A DNA stretch of 63,812 nt, counting the filler, from Licmophora abbreviata (Eukaryota), in the NCBI GenBank assembly GCA_900291995.1. It is 23 parts of 23 records of this genome, joined end to end, with 100 filler letters (N's around TTAATTAATTAA, not from the genome) between each part and the next. Parts side by side here need not be neighbours in the genome. Positions count along the whole stretch, not along the records: positions 56,887 to 59,974 come from OLMU01006077.1; positions 60,075 to 62,574 come from OLMU01006079.1; positions 62,675 to 63,812 come from OLMU01006084.1; 20 more parts are not named here. One strand, 5' to 3'. Of the stretch, positions 57,163 through 63,812 are shown in pieces (the stretch's first letter is position 1; every line of letters begins with the position of its first letter). The translations under genes were made by a program, and so were the position numbers. The notes under the pieces were generated by a model. The model was given only the letters and a program-made list of their open reading frames with translations. It had not been told where the DNA came from and made no database searches.

Positions 57163-58604
57163 ATGCTACGTCAGATTCGTCGTACTGCAACAAGGGCGGT
57201 AGTGAGTACCGTTGCTGTCGTTGGATTGGTCGAAATCACGACACAGCTCCCATCGCAAGGCCGATCCTCCAAAACCTACCACTGGCTCTCGGATGAAATC
57301 GTTACCCCGACACTGCGTCGACTTTTGGACCCTGAAACAGCTCACAATGTGGCGTTGGAATGTACCAGACGTAACCTGGCCCCGAGTACCGACCGTCGGC
57401 CGTCGAGCAGCAGTTGAGACCATACAATAGCAACGGCACGAAGGGTGATGGTATCCGACCTTTTGCCAAGTACCCAGACGTGGCCTTTCCAAATTTCCTC
57501 GGTTTGGCCGCTGGGTTTGATAAAGACGGAGTTGCTATTGACTCGCTTCTCAATTTGGGCTTTGGATTTGTTGAAATTGGTTCTGTCACGCCCCTTCCGC
57601 AACCTGGAAACCCGCAGCCACGCATGTTTCGCTTGCCTCTCGACCGGGGTGTCATTAACCGCTATGGCTTCAACTCGCAAGGCGCGGATGTTGTGGCAGA
57701 AAATCTGCGAGAATATCGAAATCAGGGGGATCCTGAGGGCAAACAAGAGCTAGGAGGAGACGATGGCGAGGATGAGTCTGCCAGTCCGCATTCCACGCTG
57801 AAACTCGTTGCCCGGCAGATAGAACATCTTGTCATTCGGCCGTTGCTCCCGGAAAAAAACTTCTTCTTCATCTGCAGGCTTGGTGGGCGTCAACTTGGGC
57901 AAAAACAAAGCCTCCGAGAATCAAATTGAGGATTATCGGCATGGTATTCAGCAACTGGGTCCGTACGCAGATTATCTCGTCATTAATGTATCGAGTCCGA
58001 ACACGCCAGGCCTTCGTGAATTGCAACGACCGGAATCGCTGCGAGAACTCCTGACCGCTGCGTCGGAAGCGCGGGATGCGTTGGAAGCACCGGTCCCTCT
58101 CTTGGTCAAACTAGCACCTGACTTGACCGATGAAGAGCTGGGGGATATTGCAAAGACAGTATTGGAATGCAACGTTGATGGTATGGTGGTGTGCAACACG
58201 ACAAACTCGCGTCCCTTGTCAGTCTTGTCAAGGGAAAAACAGGAGACAGGTGGCTTATCTGGTGCTCCCCTCAAGGACAGATCCACCGAGTGCATTCGCA
58301 TCTTGTACGAGGCTACTGGTGGAGATGTACCAATCATTGGAGTGGGCGGCGTGGGCTCGGCTCAGGATGCCTACGAAAAGCTCAAGGCGGGCGCATCATT
58401 GATTCAGATTTATAGCATGATGGTCTATGAGGGTCCTGGCGTAGTGACGCGGATCCGACACGAGTTAGCGGAGCTACTGAGACAGAATGGGCATAGGAGT
58501 GTAACGGATGTCTCGGTATGGATCAAGACGACATCTACTGGAGGAAGCGCGAAGAGAGCATGTTGAAACGACAAAACGAAGAGAAGGTTCTCGTATCAGA
58601 ATAG
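57163..58604 (+). CDS. DHODH: Dihydroorotate dehydrogenase (quinone, class 2), with three apparent frameshifts
   Basis: [59 protein letters not shown]; frame changes near 57385, 57855 and 58512. Confidence 0.92.
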
Positions 58605-58634
58605 AGTTCTCTAAGTTCTAGTGTTTAACGAAGC

Positions 58635-59756
58635 CTAAAATGTGGCCACTTCAGCCGCTGGGGAGCTTTCAGTCTTGTTGGGCATAGATGGCAAAGAGTA
58701 CCCCTGATCACAAATGTATTTCTCAGTGGAGTCCCACAAGCTTTGGCGCAGCATAGAGTCCTGAGCAGCTGCTGTAGGAGTGGTCACCTTACAATCCGAA
58801 TAATACGCCCCATTTTCGACCTCCGAAGCCAGAGCACAAAATACGTTTGTTGCGGCACCTTGTTCGATGGTCTTATCGGCAATCAGTCGCGTGAGCGGCA
58901 TGAGTAAGGGGTTCGAGTAGCGCCACAAATTGGTACGAATGACGCCAGGATGCAACGATACCGACGACACATCGTCATGGCCACATGCTTCCAGCTGATC
59001 CTGAAGTGCTTTCGCAAAGACAACATTGGCCAATTTGCTAATTCCGTACGCTCCCCACGGGGTATACTTTTCCTTATGGTAGACGTCCCATTCCTCCACA
59101 GTGGAGGACGGCGCCATGCTATGTGCGGTGGACGCCACAGTAACAATACGACCATTCTCGTTCAATTTAGGAAGTAACAAGCGTGTCAACATGTGATGAC
59201 CCACATGGTTCGTTCCGAACTGTAGCTCCAGACCTTGCTTCGTTTCTGTCCGAGTCGGCACAGCCATGACCCCCGCGTTATTGACAATGACGTCAATACC
59301 ACTACTGCCGAATTTATCAACAACAGTCTCCGATGCCTTCTGGATCGAGTCCATGTCGGCAAGGTCAAGCTGTTGGATTGTCACTCGGGAACGACACCAC
59401 CCTGGAAGACTTTCTTCCACTACTTTCTCGGCGCTGTCGACATTGCGAGCACACAGAATCACCTGCATGCCAGTCAAGGCCAAGGACTTTACCGTCCACA
59501 CACCAATGCCCGAGTTTCCACCAGTCACGAGGGCCACGCCACTTTTCGACGGTGGCGCGTCTTCGTCGTTGTTGAGTTGCTTGGGAACATACGACGCAAG
59601 GCGGTTCGAACGATTCAGCTCTTCCACAACGTCAAGAGCCGTACTCTTTTTGCCGAGACTGGCGGCTTTGGGAGACGAGGAAAAGGACCAAGCGAACAAA
59701 CTGAAGGGCGAAGAGGTCATGACGGTTGCCACAAGAAGAAGTTTTGAGAGAAGCAT
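58635..59756 (-). CDS. Short-chain dehydrogenase/reductase (retinol dehydrogenase/Tic32-like) with presequence
   Basis: TGGNSGIG, NNAG, YGISK, LHPGVIRT. Confidence 0.9.
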   Translation of the reverse strand: MLLSKLLLVATVMTSSPFSLFAWSFSSSPKAASLGKKSTALDVVEELNRSNRLASYVPKQLNNDEDAPPSKSGVALVTGGNSGIGVWTVKSLALTGMQVILCARNVDSAEKVVEESLPGWCRSRVTIQQLDLADMDSIQKASETVVDKFGSSGIDVIVNNAGVMAVPTRTETKQGLELQFGTNHVGHHMLTRLLLPKLNENGRIVTVASTAHSMAPSSTVEEWDVYHKEKYTPWGAYGISKLANVVFAKALQDQLEACGHDDVSSVSLHPGVIRTNLWRYSNPLLMPLTRLIADKTIEQGAATNVFCALASEVENGAYYSDCKVTTPTAAAQDSMLRQSLWDSTEKYICDQGYSLPSMPNKTESSPAAEVATF

Positions 59757-60610
59757 GGGGCCAGGATGAAAATGTGAACTGATTGGCCGCAGAGAACAGA
59801 AGAAAGCTTTTTGAGGCTAACTTCTTTGAACATCGATGCAGAAAGTCAATGAGCGGTGTGAAACAGCCTCCTTGGCTCTTGCTGTGTCGAAATCATCCAC
59901 ATGACTGCGAGAAAAGTGCGACTGAGTCATCATCTGTCAGTTCCAAAGTCAGTCATGGGTAATGGCGTCATACGNNNNNNNNNNNNNNNNNNNNNNNNNN
60001 NNNNNNNNNNNNNNNNNNTTAATTAATTAANNNNNNNNNNNNNNNNNNNNNNNNNNNNNNNNNNNNNNNNNNNNGAGAAGAACCAACGGAGCGATGAAGC
60101 GGAGGAAAAAACGATATCCTACCATGGTACTTGGTCAGCAACTTGCTAAGATACAGCTTACTGTGTGTGTGTGTGCGGGATGACGAGTATCATAGTGATC
60201 GCAAAGAGGTTCGCGGAGGAAGCGAAATGTATCATACTATTATACAGGTACATTCATAATCCGCGCCCGCCTCGCCTATACTCTCACATTTATCTATCCC
60301 CAACAGACAATCCTGCAGCGCCGGCCGACAAGAGTTTTATCAATATCATACCAATGGTCCTCTTGTATACCGCTCACCACTGACTATCATTAGTGGTCGA
60401 TACCGGTATGCCTGCATAGCCAATTCTTCAATTTTTACTTTTTTCTTCTGCGATTATGAGAGTGCGTTCCTCTCGTCGTCGTCGCCGTTCGTCCACACCG
60501 CACACCGGCCTCTTTCACAATTAACCGCCGGCATCGGTACGACGTACGCCTTTTCATAAAACGGCGTTGAGGATTGCGCATTCCTTGACAACAGAAAGTG
60601 TGTCTTTGGC

Positions 60611-61892
60611 ATGAGGAGACGCGCTGTGAAGGTGCCGGTGGCGCGGTTGATGACGGCATTGCGATGCTTGACAGCGGTTGTGATCCTCGTCACCATGCGT
60701 AACATCCACTTCATCTTGACTGGTGGCCTTTCCGATTGCGAACTGAGCTTACAGGCGGAGCCGGAGAAGGTTCTCATTTTTACTTGGCTTTTTGGGGAAA
60801 TGAAAAGCAACACTCGCCATCTTCAATTGTTTATCGAATCGGCGCGCGGGTGTGGAGTTGATGTTGCGATTGTCGGATCCCCAGAACCAAATTGGAGGTC
60901 CCCCTTGCCCCCAAATGTGTTTCATATACCAGTCACGTGGGATGAACTCACAGACAGAGTGAAATTTCGAGTCTTTGACGGTGTGGAACCAGGGAAATTG
61001 CGGCAGAATCCCGAGTCCAAGTACGGCTACTACAAGATTAGTAAGTGACGACATTCTTGGTTGCGTGCGCTTGAAGACGTCGTGATTCTCAGTCGTCTAA
61101 CGCAAAGACTTCTTATAAACAGATGACTTCAAACCTTTGTTTGGATATCTCTTTCCTGAGCACGTCAAAGAATATCAATTTTGGGGATATGTCGACAATG
61201 ACGTACTTCTGGGCAACATTCGCCGCTTCTTGGCCCCCGAAAGACTCGCTGTGTCCGACATTATCAGCGCTGTTCCAAAACAAGATCAGAGTCTCATATT
61301 TGGTGGCTTCACACTTTATCGCAACATACCGAAAACAAACGAGCTATTTCGACTTGCAAAGCGCCCACCAGAGGAAATTTTCGCCGTTCAGAAAACTCAA
61401 TACTTTGACGAAGCTGGCGGTAAAAACGAGGGTGACGGCTCTGGCTTGGAATCCTCCATTCAGGGCATTATGAACGAGTTTAGCCAGCGACTTGGCATCC
61501 GGTTCACAGGCATAGTTAGAAGAACTGTGTGGGATGGTGTCTGTCTCGGCGACTCAAATTTAGGACCGTGTTTCGGCTGTGAATTGTCTCATCGGCAGGT
61601 CGATGGCCAGCAAGTGTTGAAGGAGGTCTGGTCCAGACGCAAACGAACTCACAAAAACGAAATAATACTCTGCCACTTTCAGCATACCAAGAAACTCATG
61701 GAGAAGTACCTGGAATCAGAAGCTCTGATGAACGATCTACTGAAAGTGGGACACTTTCGATACGATATCCATGGAGGCTTCTTCCGCGTGAATGGGGCAC
61801 GCTTTCCCCACCAGGTTCCTGTTTTGACTGTCCCTAGATCACCGGCAGAGGCGAGGTCAAAGGAATTCTGGAAAAACGTCACCGGCGACTAG
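60611..61892 (+). CDS. Type II membrane DUF6625-like putative glycosyltransferase; intron 61041-61122
   Basis: Splicing gives YKINDFKPLFGYLF...FWGYVDNDVLLG (DxD motif); later YFDE. Confidence 0.65.
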
Positions 61893-62674
61893 TTGCTGTA
61901 ACTATTGTCTATTATAACTCTGGTGAAGACAAGCAGCTCGGTCCACCAAGACGCGACTGATTGCTTTCGTCATGCTGCTGTGCAAGTGTCCGCGCTGGCC
62001 TCGTTTTCCGTTTTATCAGTGGTCCTACGATTTATTTGTGCAAAACGCGGGATAGTTTAACAGTGGACCATATTCTCAGACGCAAATATTGGTGCAAGGG
62101 TGCGAATCGTATCGCTCCATCTTCACTTTCACGAAATGCTGTGTAGCATCAGCTTACGCATACTTCAATGTCGCTGGTTGTAGCCTTTGTGAACAAGTCC
62201 TTGGACTACTTACTTGGTGTGATACGTATCGTAGTCTGATCCTAGTTGATGGAAGTGCGTCCACGTTGCGGCGGCTTCGTCATTGGCTCGAGCTCTTTCT
62301 CAACCCATTACTTATTGCCCACGAGTGAGCCCGCTTGGATCTCACTGAATGCAATGTACAGGACTTTAATAAGACACAACAGAATTCTATCGAAATCTTT
62401 TCGCAGCGCGCTGGGCCGATCGTGGGGAGCACCTCTCAAGAACTCTCACGGGATCCCTGCTTGCTCGCAGAATCACCCACTCACACTTCGCCCACATTCT
62501 GCCACACGCATCCACAAAGCTTGACACGGCTGACAGCAAAAAGCAAGCCTATCTCTCGTTCCATCTGCGCCACCNNNNNNNNNNNNNNNNNNNNNNNNNN
62601 NNNNNNNNNNNNNNNNNNTTAATTAATTAANNNNNNNNNNNNNNNNNNNNNNNNNNNNNNNNNNNNNNNNNNNN

Positions 62675-63812
62675 CAAACTCCTCAGCAAGCTCTCGAACA
62701 TGCGACTTCTCGTAGTGCCCAATCGGGAAGAGAACACGCTGTAGCTGATCTTGCGTGAGGGCGCAGAGAAAGTAACTTTGGTCTTTTACAGGATCCGGCG
62801 CGCGTAGCAGTCGAGTCAGACCAGTCCCGCCGTCCTTTGTGAGCTGAGCATAGTGACCCGAAGCGACGTGGTCAAACCCTCGTCCTTCAATTGCTTCGTA
62901 GAAGCAACCAAACTTGACACGTGAATTGCACATAATGTCCGGATTCGGTGTTCGACCTCGCTCTGCCTCGTGGACCGCATACGAAATTACTCGATCCTTG
63001 TACTCTTCCTGCAGCGAAATCGTCTCAAGAGGTACTCCTGCTTGCTCACATACTGCCTGGCACATGCGAAAATCGTCCTCCCATGGACACTGTCCCAAGT
63101 GAGCAAGCTCATCTTCTAGCCAAATCTTCAGGTAGAAAGCAGTTACATTGTAGTTCTGTCGAACGAGCAGATTGAGTGCGACGGAAGAATCAACACCTCC
63201 TGACAATAGCATCGCCACGGTCGGCCTCTGCTCGTCCTCCGTGTCATGGACTTGTCTCTCTGCTTGAGATAATTGTGGCCGATTGGGCTTGATCTCAAGC
63301 AAGCTCCGAACCTGGTCTTGCACCACTCGCATCATGCTTGCTAGTCCATCGTTTCGCCCTCTAGTAAGCGTACCACGTAGACCGAGATAGTCCGCTACTC
63401 TTTCGGGATCAATCTGGAGTATGTGCTCCGCAGTGGGTGGCTGCGGATAGATAAATCAAATGGGACACCTCCTGCAAGCGTTCGCGACAGCAACGCCAGC
63501 AAGCCACGGCCAGTCATGGCGTCGGCCTCTCCATCCAGCCAAACCCGGTACGTTTGGGATTGTTCAGCCGATCCCGAACAGTCCTCTGGCACCAGTATTG
63601 TTCGCACCTTTACATTGGCCACACACCCCCTCACACGATCTAACGGAGATGTCAGAATGCCTCGACGAGACGATTTGAACAGTTCGTCGAACGTGGCCCC
63701 CTTTCCGTAAACTCGCTCAAATATTTCTCGACATTCCACGGCATCCGCATCAATGGGTACGTAACGACGTTCCACAACGAGGACCCAGTCGTTCTCATCT
63801 GCACGGAAGTCA
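62675..63812 (-). CDS. mnmA: SufE-like domain fused to tRNA 2-thiouridylase MnmA; truncated at both ends, one frame break near 63445
   Basis: RVRGCVANV, DGEADA..RGLLALL and LGL...RNDGLASM (SufE); SGGVDS, TPNPDIMCN, SGHYA and KDQSYFL (MnmA). Confidence 0.85.

Noticed and set aside
63440..63468. 28-nt GT-AG mini-intron explaining the SufE frame break
   Set aside because: Much shorter than the other introns here (82-96 nt), and removing it does not restore the frame

Overview
The window is a concatenation of assembly fragments joined by 22 artificial 100-bp spacers (44 N + TTAATTAATTAA + 44 N), and it mixes two genomes. Positions 1-11455 and 46245-63812 are eukaryotic, of moderate GC, with short GT-AG introns, U2AF35 and signal/plastid-type presequences; a diatom or other stramenopile is the most likely source. 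Positions 11556-46144 are GC-rich Rhodobacteraceae (Roseobacter-group) DNA. Its genes are mostly core (mutL-rmuC, glnK-amtB, PBP1A, mlaAC, ftsK-lolA, hspQ, ggt, two GcvT-type dehydrogenases), and several continue across the spacers. In the eukaryotic part the notable items are a fucosyltransferase-like + sulfotransferase fusion within a sulfotransferase paralog cluster, a SufE-MnmA fusion, a linker-histone H15-FKBP fusion, a decayed DEG/ENaC channel gene, an intron-containing bacterial-type DUF11 surface protein, and a degenerate ~132-bp periodic non-coding repeat. In the bacterial part they are a solitary low-GC AIPR gene and an SqrR-type box upstream of a persulfide dioxygenase-rhodanese pair. 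All family calls come from motif recognition by eye; no database search was run.
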